Source of the DNA: Utricularia gibba
Lineage: Eukaryota > Plantae > Magnoliophyta
Reading direction: 5' to 3'
Length of the DNA: 64,000 nucleotides
Assembly: GCA_002189035.1 (NCBI GenBank)
Contig: NEEC01000195.1
Span: 1 to 64,000 of the forward strand
Both the position numbers and the translations under genes were made by a program. Positions 24,601 through 36,900 of this stretch are shown here, in pieces. How positions within the stretch are numbered: position 1 is the first letter of the stretch; each line of letters begins with the position of its first letter. The notes under the pieces were generated by a model that saw only the letters and a list, made by a program, of their open reading frames with translations, was not told the DNA's origin and made no database searches.

Positions 24601-27600
24601 CATGAGGTCAACTGGATGCAAATCGATTAAAAAAAATGATGCATTTGTTTAAATTACGATGTCACGTGCACCCCACATGATTTTTTTAACAACATACTTT
24701 ATACATGAGGAGGCGGTCTTTGGGGCACTTGGAACCGGAAAAGGTCAGCTTAGGCCTTGGCCCAAAGTAAGTTGTAGCCCGGCAAAGAAAGTGATGTATT
24801 TATTAACGTTCGGTTTTCGGTGTTGCCTACATGGTTTTTCAAGGAACAGCTTCTCGTTTTGTGGCGGCCAGTCTCGCTAGGAACTTGGTCCGGCCCCGAT
24901 TCTTATGGCTCATGAGGACAAAAGGATGCAAATCGATGAAACAATGTTGCATTTGTTTAAATTGCGATATCACGTGCACCCCACATGATTTTTTCAACAA
25001 CTTACTTTATACTTGAGCAGGCGGTCTTTGGGTGCACCTGGAACGGACAAAGGTTTGGCTTGCACCGAGAGTTAGTTGTAGTCCGGCAAATAAAGTGATG
25101 TATTTATTATCGTTCGGTTTTCGGGGCTGCCTACATGGTTTTCAAGGAACGCTTCTCGTTTTGTGGCGGCCAGTCTCGCTGGAACTTGGTCCTTGACCCC
25201 GATTCTGTATGGCTCATGAGGTCAAGGATGCAAATCGATTAAAAAAAATGATGCATTTGTTTAAATTACGATGTCACGTGCACCCCACATGATTTTTTTA
25301 ACAACTTACTTTATACATGAGGAGGCGGTCTTTGGGGGCACTTGGAACGGAAAAAGGTCAGCTTAGGCCTTGGCCCAAAGTAAGTTGTAGCCCGGCAAAG
25401 AAAGTGATGTATTTATTAACGTTCGGTTTTCGGTGTTGCCTACATGGTTTTTCAAGGAACAGCTTCTCGTTTTGTGGCGGCCAGTCTCGCTAGGAACTTG
25501 GTCCGGGCCCGCGATTCTTTATGGCTCATGAGGACAAAAGGATGCAAATCGATGAATACAATGTTGCATTTGTTTAAATTGCGATATCACGTGCACCCCA
25601 CATGATTTTTTCAACAACTTACTTTATACTTGAGCAGGCGGTCTTGGGTGCACCTGGAACGGACAAAGGTAAGGTTTGGCTTGCGAGAGTTAGTTGTAGT
25701 CCGGCAAATAAAGTGATGTATTTATTATCGTTCGGTTTTCGGGGCTGCCTACATGGTTTTTCAAGGAACCGCTTCTCGTTTTGTGGCGGCCAGTCTCGCT
25801 GGGAACTTGGTCCTTGACCCCGATTCTGTATGGCTCATGAGGTCAACTGGATGCAAATCGATTAAAAAAAATGATGCATTTGTTTAAATTACGATGTCAC
25901 GTGCACCCCACATGATTTTTTTAACAACATACTTTATACTTGAGGAGCGGTCTTGGGTGCACTTGGAACCGGAAAAAGGTCAGCTTAGGCCTTGGCCCAA
26001 AGTAAGTTGTAGCCCGGCAAAGAAAGTGATGTATTTATTAACGTTCGGTTTTCGGTGTTGCCTACATGGTTTTTCAAGGAACAGCTTCTCGTTTTGTGGC
26101 GGCCAGTCTCGCTAGGAACTTGGTCCGGGCCCGCGATTCTTTATGGCTCATGAGGACAAAAAGGATGCAAATCGATGAATACAATGTTGCATTTGTTTAA
26201 ATTGCGATATCACGTGCACCCCACATGATTTTTCAACAACTTACTTTATACTTGAGCAGGCGGTCTTTGGGTGCACCTGGAACGGACAAAGGTAAGGTTT
26301 GGCTTGCACCGAGAGTTAGTTGTAGTCCGGCAAATAAAGTGATGTATTTATTATCGTTCGGTTTTCGGGGCTGCCTACATGGTTTTTCAAGGAACCGCTT
26401 CTCGTTTGTGGCGGCCAGTCTCGCTGGAACTTGGTCCTTGACCCCGATTCTGTATGGCTCATGAGGTCAACTGGATGCAAATCGATTAAAAAATTTGTTT
26501 AAATTACGATGTCACGTGATTTTTTTATACATACATTTTGGGGGCTTGGAACCGGAAAAAGTCAGCTTAGGCCTTGGCCCAAAGTAAGTTGTAGCCCGGC
26601 AAAGAAAGTGATGTATTTATTAACGTTCGGTTTTCGGTGTTGCCTACATGGTTTTTCAAGGAACAGCTTCTCGTTTTGTGGCGGCCAGTCTCGCTAGGAA
26701 CTTGGTCCGGGCCCGCGATTCTTTATGGCTCATGAGGACAAAAGGATGCAAATCGATGAATACAATGTTGCATTTGTTTAAATTGCGATATCACGTGCAC
26801 CCCACATGATTTTTTCAACAACTTACTTTATACTTGAGCAGGCGGTCTTTGGGTGCACTGGAACGGGACAAAGGTCAGTTTGGCTTGCCGAGAGTTAGTT
26901 GTAGTCCGGCAAATAAAGTGATGTATTTATTATCGTTCGGTTTTCGGGGGCTGCCTACATGGTTTTTCAAGGAACCGCTTCTCGTTTTGTGGCGGCCAGT
27001 CTCGCTGGGAACTTGGTCCTTGACCCCGATTCTGTATGGCTCATGAGGTCAACTGGATGCAAATCGATTAAAAAAAATGATGCATTTGTTTAAATTACGA
27101 TGTCACGTGCACCCACATGATTTTTTTTAACAACATACTTTATACATGAGGAGGCGGTCTTGGGGGCACTTGGAACCGGAAAAAGGTCAGCTTAGGCCTT
27201 GGCCCAAAGTAAGTTGTAGCCCGGCAAAGAAAGTGATGTATTTATTAACGTTCGGTTTTCGGTGTTGCCTACATGGTTTTTCAAGGAACAGCTTCTCGTT
27301 TTGTGGCGGCCAGTCTCGCTAGGAACTTGGTCCGGGCCCGCGATTCTTTATGGCTCATGAGGACAAAAGGATGCAAATCGATGAATACAATGTTGCATTT
27401 GTTTAAATTGCGATATCACGTGCACCCCACATGATTTTTTCAACAACTTACTTTATACTTGAGCAGGCGGTCTTTGGGTGCACCTGGAACGGGACAAAGG
27501 TAAGGTTTGGCTTGCACCGAGAGTTAGTTGTAGTCCGGCAAATAAAGTGATGTATTTATTATCGTTCGGTTTTCGGGGGCTGCCTACATGGTTTTTCAAG

Positions 27601-28379
27601 GAACCGCTTCTCGTTTTGTGGCGGCCAGTCTCGCTGGGAACTTGGTCCTTGACCCCGATTCTGTATGGCTCATGAGGTCAACTGGATGCAAATCGATTAA
27701 AAAAATGATGCATTTGTTTAAATTACGATGTCACGTGCACCCCACATGATTTTTTTAACAACATACTTTATACATGAGGAGGCGGTCTTGGGGGCACTTG
27801 GAACCGGAAAAGGTCAGCTTAGGCCTTGGCCCAAAGTAAGTTGTAGCCCGGCAAAGAAAGTGATGTATTTATTAACGTTCGGTTTTCGGTGTTGCCTACA
27901 TGGTTTTTCAAGGAACAGCTTCTCGTTTTGTGGCGGCCAGTCTCGCGGAACTTGGTCCTTGCCCCGATTCTTATGGCTCATGAGGACAAGGATGCAAATC
28001 GATGAAACAATGTTGCATTTGTTTAAATTGCGATATCACGTGCACCCCACATGATTTTTTTTTCAACTTACTTTATACTTGAGGAGGCGGTCTTGGGGGC
28101 ACTTGGAACGGAAAAAGATCAGCTTGGCTTGGCCAAAGTAAGTTGTAGTCCGGCAAATAAAGTGATGTATTTATTATCGTTCGGTTTTCGGGGGCTGCCT
28201 ACATGGTTTTTCAAGGAACCGCTTCTCGTTTTGTGGCGGCCAGTCTCGCTGGGAACTTGGTCCTTGACCCCGATTCTGTATGGCTCATGAGGTCAACTGG
28301 ATGCAAATCGATTAAAAAAAATGATGCATTTGTTTAAATTAGATGTCACGTGCACCCCACATGATTTTTTTAACAACAT

Positions 28380-30249
28380 ACTTTATACTTGAGAGGCGGT
28401 CTTTGGGGCACTTGGAACCGGAAAAAGGTCAGCTTAGGCCTTGGCCCAAAGTAAGTTGTAGCCCGGCAAAGAAAGTGATGTATTTATTAACGTTCGGTTT
28501 TCGGTGTTGCCTACATGGTTTTTCAAGGAACAGCTTCTCGTTTTGTGGCGGCCAGTCTCGCTAGGAACTTGGTCCGGGCCCGCGATTCTTTATGGCTCAT
28601 GAGGACAAAAGGATGCAAATCGATGAATACAATGTTGCATTTGTTTAAATTGCGATATCACGTGCACCCCACATGATTTTTTCAACAACTTACTTTATAC
28701 TTGAGCAGGCGGTCTTTGGGTGCACCTGGAACGGGACAAAGGTAAGGTTTGGCTTGCACCGAGAGTTAGTTGTAGTCCGGCAAATAAAGTGATGTATTTA
28801 TTATCGTTCGGTTTTCGGGGGCTGCCTACATGGTTTTTCAAGGAACCGCTTCTCGTTTTGTGGCGGCCAGTCTCGCTGGGAACTTGGTCCTTGACCCCGA
28901 TTCTGTATGGCTCATGAGGTCAACTGGATGCAAATCGATTAAAAAAAATGATGCATTTGTTTAAATTACGATGTCACGTGCACCCCACATGATTTTTTTA
29001 ACAACATACTTTATACATGAGGAGGCGGTCTTGGGGCACTTGGAACCGGAAAAAGGTCAGCTTAGGCCTTGGCCCAAAGTAAGTTGTAGCCCGGCAAAGA
29101 AAGTGATGTATTTATTAACGTTCGGTTTTCGGTGTTGCCTACATGGTTTTTCAAGGAACAGCTTCTCGTTTTGTGGCGGCCAGTCTCGCTAGGAACTTGG
29201 TCCGGGCCCGCGATTCTTTATGGCTCATGAGGACAAAAGGATGCAAATCGATGAATACAATGTTGCATTTGTTTAAATTGCGATATCACGTGCACCCCAC
29301 ATGATTTTTTCAACAACTTACTTTATACTTGAGAGGCGGTCTTTGGGTGCACCTGGAACGGACAAAAAGGTTTGGCTTTTGCCGAGAGTTAGTTGTAGTC
29401 CGGCAAATAAAGTGATGTATTTATTATCGTTCGGTTTTCGGGGCTGCCTACATGGTTTTTCAAGGAACCGCTTCTCGTTTTGTGGCGGCCAGTCTCGCTG
29501 GGAACTTGGTCCTTGACCCCGATTCTGTATGGCTCATGAGGTCAACTGGATGCAAATCGATTAAAAAAAATGATGCATTTGTTTAAATTACGATGTCACG
29601 TGCACCCCACATGATTTTTTTAACAACATACTTTATACATGAGGAGGCGGTCTTGGGGGCACTTGGAACCGGAAAAAGGTCAGCTTAGGCCTTGGCCCAA
29701 AGTAAGTTGTAGCCCGGCAAAAGAAAGTGATGTATTTATTAACGTTCGGTTTTCGGTGTTGCCTACATGGTTTTTCAAGGAACAGCTTCTCGTTTTTGGC
29801 GGCCAGTCTCGCTAGGAACTTGGTCCGGGCCCGCGATTCTTTATGGCTCATGAGGACAAAAGGATGCAAATCGATGAATACAATGTTGCATTTGTTTAAA
29901 TTGCGATATCACGTGCACCCCACATGATTTTTTCAACAACTTACTTTATACTTGAGCAGGCGGTCTTTGGGTGCACCTGGAACGGGACAAAGGTAAGTTG
30001 GCTTGCAAAAGTTAGTTGTAGTCCGGCAAATAAATGATGTATTTATTATCGTTCGGTTTCGGGGGCTGCCTACATGGTTTTTCAAGGAACCGCTTCTCGT
30101 TTTGTGGCGGCCAGTCTCGCTGGAACTTGGTCCTTGACCCCGATTCTGTATGGCTCATGAGGTCAACTGGATGCAAATCGATTAAAAAAAATGATGCATT
30201 TGTTTAAATTACGATGTCACGTGCACCCCACATGATTTTTTAACAACAT
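28380..30249 (+). repeat. Clean (A-B)3 block defining the ~623 bp higher-order dimer
   Basis: Six consecutive monomers in 1870 bp alternate strictly A,B,A,B,A,B with essentially all diagnostic alleles in phase. Similar clean alternation is seen at about 23450-26480 and through most of 37400-64000. Confidence 0.93.
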
Positions 30250-33200
30250 ACTTTATACATGAGGAGGCGGTCTTGGGGCACTTGGAACCGGAAAAAGGTC
30301 AGCTTAGGCCTTGGCCCAAAGTAAGTTGTAGCCCGGCAAAGTGATGTATTTATTAACGTTCGGTTTTCGGTGTTGCCTACATGGTTTTTCAAGGAACAGC
30401 TTCTCGTTTTGTGGCGGCCAGTCTCGCTAGGAACTTGGTCCGGGCCCGCGATTCTTTATGGCTCATGAGGACAAAAGGATGCAAATCGATGAATACAATG
30501 TTGCATTTGTTTAAATTGCGATATCACGTGCACCCCACATGATTTTTTCAACAACTTACTTTATACTTGAGCAGGCGGTCTTTGGGTGCACCTGGAACGG
30601 GACAAAGGTTAGGTTTGGCTTGCCGAAGTTAGTTGTAGTCCGGCAAATAAAGTGATGTATTTATTATCGTTCGGTTTTCGGGGCTGCCTACATGGTTTTT
30701 CAAGGAACCGCTTCTCGTTTTGTGGCGGCCAGTCTCGCTGGAACTTGGTCCTTGACCCCGATTCTGTATGGCTCATGAGGTCAACTGGATGCAAATCGAT
30801 TAAAAAAAATGATGCATTTGTTTAAATTACGATGTCACGTGCACCCCACATGATTTTTTAACAACATACTTATACTTGAGGAGGCGGTCTTGGGGGCACT
30901 TGGAACCGGAAAAAGTCAGCTTAGGCCTTGGCCCAAAGTAAGTTGTAGCCCGGCAAAGAAAGTGATGTATTTATTAACGTTCGGTTTTCGGTGTTGCCTA
31001 CATGGTTTTTCAAGGAACAGCTTCTCGTTTTGTGGCGGCCAGTCTCGCTAGGAACTTGGTCCTTGACCCCGATTCTTTATGGCTCATGAGGTCAACTGGA
31101 TGCAAATCGATTAAAAAAATGATGCATTTGTTTAAATTGCGATATCACGTGCACCCCACATGATTTTTTTAACAACTTACTTTATACTTGAGCAGGCGGT
31201 CTTTGGGGCACTGGAAACGGAAAAAGCAGCTTAGCCTTGCCAAAGTAAGTTGTAGTCCGGCAAAGAAAGTGATGTATTTATTAATCGTTCGGTTTTCGGG
31301 GGCTGCCTACATGGTTTTTCAAGGAACCGCTTCTCGTTTTGTGGCGGCCAGTCTCGCTGGGAACTTGGTCCTTGACCCCGATTCTGTATGGCTCATGAGG
31401 TCAACTGGATGCAAATCGATTAAAAAAATGTGATGCATTTGTTTAAATTACGATGTCACGTGCACCCCACATGATTTTTTAACAACATACTTTATACATG
31501 AGAGGCGGTCTTGGGGCACTTGGAACCGGAAAAAGTCAGCTTAGGCCTTGCCAAAGTAAGTTGTAGCCCGGCAAAGAAAGTGATGTATTTATTACGTTCG
31601 GTTTTCGGTGTTGCCTACATGGTTTTTCAAGGAACGCTTCTCGTTTTGTGGCGGCCAGTCTCGCTGGGAACTTGGTCCTTGACCCCGATTCTGTATGGCT
31701 CATGAGGTCAACTGGATGCAAATCGATTAAAAAAAATGATGCATTTGTTTAAATTACGATGTCACGTGCACCCCACATGATTTTTTTAACAACATACTTT
31801 ATACTTGAGGAGGCGGTCTTTGGGGCACTTGGAACCGGAAAAAGTCAGCTTAGGCCTTGGCCCAAAGTAAGTTGTAGCCCGGCAAAGAAAGTGATGTATT
31901 TATTAACGTTCGGTTTTCGGTGTTGCCTACATGGTTTTTCAAGGAACAGCTTCTCGTTTTGTGGCGGCCAGTCTCGCTAGGAACTTGGTCCGGGCCCGCG
32001 ATTCTTTATGGCTCATGAGGACAAAAGGATGCAAATCGATGAATACAATGTTGCATTTGTTTAAATTGCGATATCACGTGCACCCCACATGATTTTTTCA
32101 ACAACTTACTTTATACTTGAGCAGGCGGTCTTTGGTGCACCTGGAACGGAAAGGTAAGGTTTGGCTTGCCGGAGTTAGTTGTAGTCCGGCAAATAAAGTG
32201 ATGTATTTATTATCGTTCGGTTTTCGGGGCTGCCTACATGGTTTTTCAAGGAACCGCTTCTCGTTTGTGGCGGCCAGTCTCGCTGGGAACTTGGTCCTTG
32301 ACCCCGATTCTGTATGGCTCATGAGTCAACTGGATGCAAATCGATTAAAAAAATGATGCATTTGTTTAAATTACGATGTCACGTGCACCCCACATGATTT
32401 TTTAACAACATACTTTATACATGAGGAGGCGGTCTTGGGGGGCACTTGGAACCGGAAAAAGGTCAGCTTAGGCCTTGGCCCAAAGTAAGTTGTAGCCCGG
32501 CAAATAAAGTGATGTATTTATTAACGTTCGGTTTTCGGTGTTGCCTACATGGTTTTTCAAGGAACAGCTTCTCGTTTTGTGGCGGCCAGTCTCGCTAGGA
32601 ACTTGGTCCGGGCCCGCGATTCTTTATGGCTCATGAGGACAAAAGGATGCAAATCGATGAATACAATGTTGCATTTGTTTAAATTGCGATATCACGTGCA
32701 CCCCACATGATTTTTTCAACAACTTACTTTATACTTGAGCAGGCGGTCTTTGGGTGCACCTGGAACGGACAAAGGTAAGGTTTGGCTTGCACCGAGAGTT
32801 AGTTGTAGTCCGGCAAATAAAGTGATGTATTTATTATCGTTCGGTTTTCGGGGCTGCCTACATGGTTTTTCAAGGAACCGCTTCTCGTTTTGTGGCGGCC
32901 AGTCTCGCTGGGAACTTGGTCCTTGACCCCGATTCTGTATGGCTCATGAGGTCAACTGGATGCAAATCGATTAAAAAAAATGATGCATTTGTTTAAATTA
33001 CGATGTCACGTGCACCCCACATGATTTTTTTTAACAACATACTTATATACATGAGGAGGCGGTCTTGGGGCACTTGGAACCGGAAAAAGGTCAGCTTAGG
33101 CCTTGCCCAAAGTAAGTTGTAGCCCGGCAAAGAAAGTGATGTATTTATTAACGTTCGGTTTCGGTGTTGCCTACATGGTTTTTCAAGGAACAGCTTCTCG

Positions 33201-33666
33201 TTTTTGTGGCGGCCAGTCTCGCTAGGAACTTGGTCCGGGCCCCGATTCTTTATGGCTCATGAGGACAAAAGGATGCAAATCGATGAATACAATGTTGCAT
33301 TTGTTTAAATTGCGATATCACGTGCACCCCACATGATTTTTTCAACAACTTACTTTATACTTGAGCAGGCGGTCTTTGGGTGCACCTGGAACGGACAAAA
33401 GTAAGGTTTGGCTTGCACCGAGAGTTAGTTGTAGTCCGGCAAATAAAGTGATGTATTTATTATCGTTCGGTTTTCGGGGGCTGCCTACATGGTTTTTCAA
33501 GGAACCGCTTCTCGTTTTGTGGCGGCCAGTCTCGCTGGGAACTTGGTCCTTGACCCCGATTCTGTATGGCTCATGAGGTCAACTGGATGCAAATCGATTA
33601 AAAAAAATGATGCATTGTTTTAAATTACGATGTCACGTGCACCCCACATGATTTTTTTAACAACAT

Positions 33667-33951
33667 ACTTTATACATGAGGAGGCGGTCTTGGGGGCACT
33701 TGGAACCGGAAAAAGGTCAGCTTAGGCCTTGGCCCAAAGTAAGTTGTAGCCCGGCAAAGAAAGTGATGTATTTATTAACGTTCGGTTTTCGGTGTTGCCT
33801 ACATGGTTTTTCAAGGAACAGCTTCTCGTTTTGTGGCGGCCAGTCTCGCTAGGAACTATGGCTCATGAGGTCAACTGGATGCAAATCGATTAAAAAATGA
33901 TGCATTTGTTTAAATTCGATGTCACGTGCACCCCACATGATTTTTTCAACT
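33667..33951 (+). repeat. Shortened A-to-B hybrid monomer with a 22-bp internal deletion
   Basis: A alleles run up to CTAGGAAC, then the sequence reads T-ATGGCTCATGAGGTCAACTGG (B alleles). The 23-nt TTGGTCC...GATTCT(T/G)T segment is reduced to a single T at ~33857. Confidence 0.8.
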
Positions 33952-36900
33952 ACTTTATACTGAGAGGCGGTCTTGGGGGCACTTGGAACCGGAAAAAGAT
34001 CAGCTTAGGCCTTGGCCCAAAGTAAGTTGTAGCCCGGCAAAGAAAGTGATGTATTTATTAACGTTCGGTTTTCGGTGTTGCCTACATGGTTTTTCAAGGA
34101 ACAGCTTCTCGTTTTGTGGCGGCCAGTCTCGCTAGGAACTTGGTCCGGGCCCGCGATTCTTTATGGCTCATGAGGACAAAAGGATGCAAATCGATGAATA
34201 CAATGTTGCATTTGTTTAAATTGCGATATCACGTGCACCCCACATGATTTTTTCAACAACTTACTTTATACTTGAGCAGGCGGTCTTTGGGTGCACCTGG
34301 AACGGGACAAAGGTTTTGGCTTGCACGAGAGTTAGTTGTAGTCCGGCAAATAAAGTGATGTATTTATTATCGTTCGGTTTTCGGGGGCTGCCTACATGGT
34401 TTTTCAAGGAACCGCTTCTCGTTTTTGGGCGGCCAGTCTCGCTGGGAACTTGGTCCTTGACCCCGATTCTGTATGGCTCATGAGGTCAACTGGATGCAAA
34501 TCGATTAAAAAAAAATGATCCATTTGTTTAAATTATGATGTCACGTGCACCCCACATGATTTTTTTAACAACTTACTTTATACTTGAGAAGGCGGTCTTG
34601 GGTGCACTTGGAACCGGAAAAAGATCAGCTTAGGCCTTGGCCCAAAGTAAGTTGTAGCCCGGCAAAGAAAGTGATGTATTTATTAACGTTCGGTTTTCGG
34701 TGTTGCCTACATGGTTTTTCAAGGAACAGCTTCTCGTTTTGTGGCGGCCAGTCTCGCTAGGAACTTGGTCCGGGCCCGCGATTCTTTATGGCTCATGAGG
34801 ACAAAAGGATGCAAATCGATGAATACAATGTTGCATTTGTTTAAATTGCGATATCACGTGCACCCCACATGATTTTTTCAACAACTTACTTTATACTTGA
34901 GCAGGCGGTCTTGGGTGCACTGGAACGGACAAAGGTAAGGTTTGGCTTGCACCGAGAGTTAGTTGTAGTCCGGCAAATAAAGTGATGTATTTATTATCGT
35001 TCGGTTTTCGGGGCTGCCTACATGGTTTTTCAAGGAACCGCTTCTCGTTTTGTGGCGGCCAGTCTCGCTGGGAACTTGGTCCTTGACCCCGATTCTGTAT
35101 GGCTCATGAGGTCAACTGGATGCAAATCGATTAAAAAAAATGATGCATTTGTTTAAATTACGATGTCACGTGCACCCCACATGATTTTTTTAACAATACT
35201 TTATACATGAGGAGGCGGTCTTGGGGGCACTTGGAACCGGAAAAAGATCAGCTTAGGCCTTGGCCCAAAGTAAGTTGTAGCCCGGCAAAGAAAGTGATGT
35301 ATTTATTAACGTTCGGTTTTCGGTGTTGCCTACATGGTTTTTCAAGGAACAGCTTCTCGTTTTGTGGCGGCCAGTCTCGCTAGGAACTTGGTCCGGGCCC
35401 GCGATTCTTTATGGCTCATGAGGACAAAAGGATGCAAATCGATGAATACAATGTTGCATTTGTTTAAATTGCGATATCACGTGCACCCCACATGATTTTT
35501 TCAACAACTTACTTTATACTTGAGGAGGCGGTCTTGGGGCACTTGGAACGGAAAAAGGCTTAGGCTTGGCCCAAAGTAAGTTGTAGTCCGGCAAATAAAG
35601 TGATGTATTTATTATCGTTCGGTTTTCGGGGGCTGCCTACATGGTTTTTCAAGGAACCGCTTCTCGTTTTGTGGCGGCCAGTCTCGCTGGGAACTTGGTC
35701 CTTGACCCCGATTCTGTATGGCTCATGAGGTCAACTGGATGCAAATCGATTAAAAAAAATGATGCATTTGTTTAAATTACGATGTCACGTGCACCCCACA
35801 TGATTTTTTTAACAACATACTTTATACTGAGAGGCGGTCTTGGGGGCACTTGGAACCGGAAAAAGGTCAGCTTAGGCCTTGGCCCAAAGTAAGTTGTAGC
35901 CCGGCAAAGAAAGTGATGTATTTATTAACGTTCGGTTTTCGGTGTTGCCTACATGGTTTTTCAAGGAACAGCTTCTCGTTTTGTGGCGGCCAGTCTCGCT
36001 AGGAACTTGGTCCGGGCCCGCGATTCTTTATGGCTCATGAGGACAAAAGGATGCAAATCGATGAATACAATGTTGCATTTGTTTAAATTGCGATATCACG
36101 TGCACCCCACATGATTTTTTCAACAACTTACTTTATACTTGAGCAGGCGGTCTTTGGGCACTGGAACGGGAAAAGGTAAGGTTTGGCTTGCAAGAGTTAG
36201 TTGTAGTCCGGCAAATAAAGTGATGTATTTATTACGTTCGGTTTTCGGGCTGCCTACATGGTTTTTCAAGGAACCGCTTCTCGTTTTGTGGCGGCCAGTC
36301 TCGCTGGGAACTTGGTCCTTGACCCCGATTCTGTATGGCTCATGAGGTCAACTGGATGCAAATCGATTAAAAAAAATGATGCATTTGTTTAAATTACGAT
36401 GTCACGTGCACCCCACATGATTTTTTCAACATACTTTATACTTGAGAAGGCGGTCTTTGGGTGCACTTGGAACCGGAAAAAGATCAGCTTAGGCCTTGGC
36501 CCAAAGTAAGTTGTAGCCCGGCAAAGAAAGTGATGTATTTATTAACGTTCGGTTTTCGGTTGCCTACATGGTTTTTCAAGGAACAGCTTCTCGTTTTGTG
36601 GCGGCCAGTCTCGCTGGGAACTTGGTCCTTGACCCCGATTCTTATGGCTCATGAGGTCAACTGGATGCAAATCGATTAAAAAAAATGATGCATTTGTTTA
36701 AATTGCGATATCACGTGCACCCCACATGATTTTTTCAACAACTTACTTTATACTTGAGAAGGCGGTCTTTGGGTGCACTTGGAACCGGAAAAGATCAGCT
36801 TAGGCCTTGCCCAAAGTAAGTTGTAGCCCGGCAAAGAAAGTGATGTATTTATTAACGTTCGGTTTTCGGGTTGCCTACATGGTTTTTCAAGGAACAGCTT

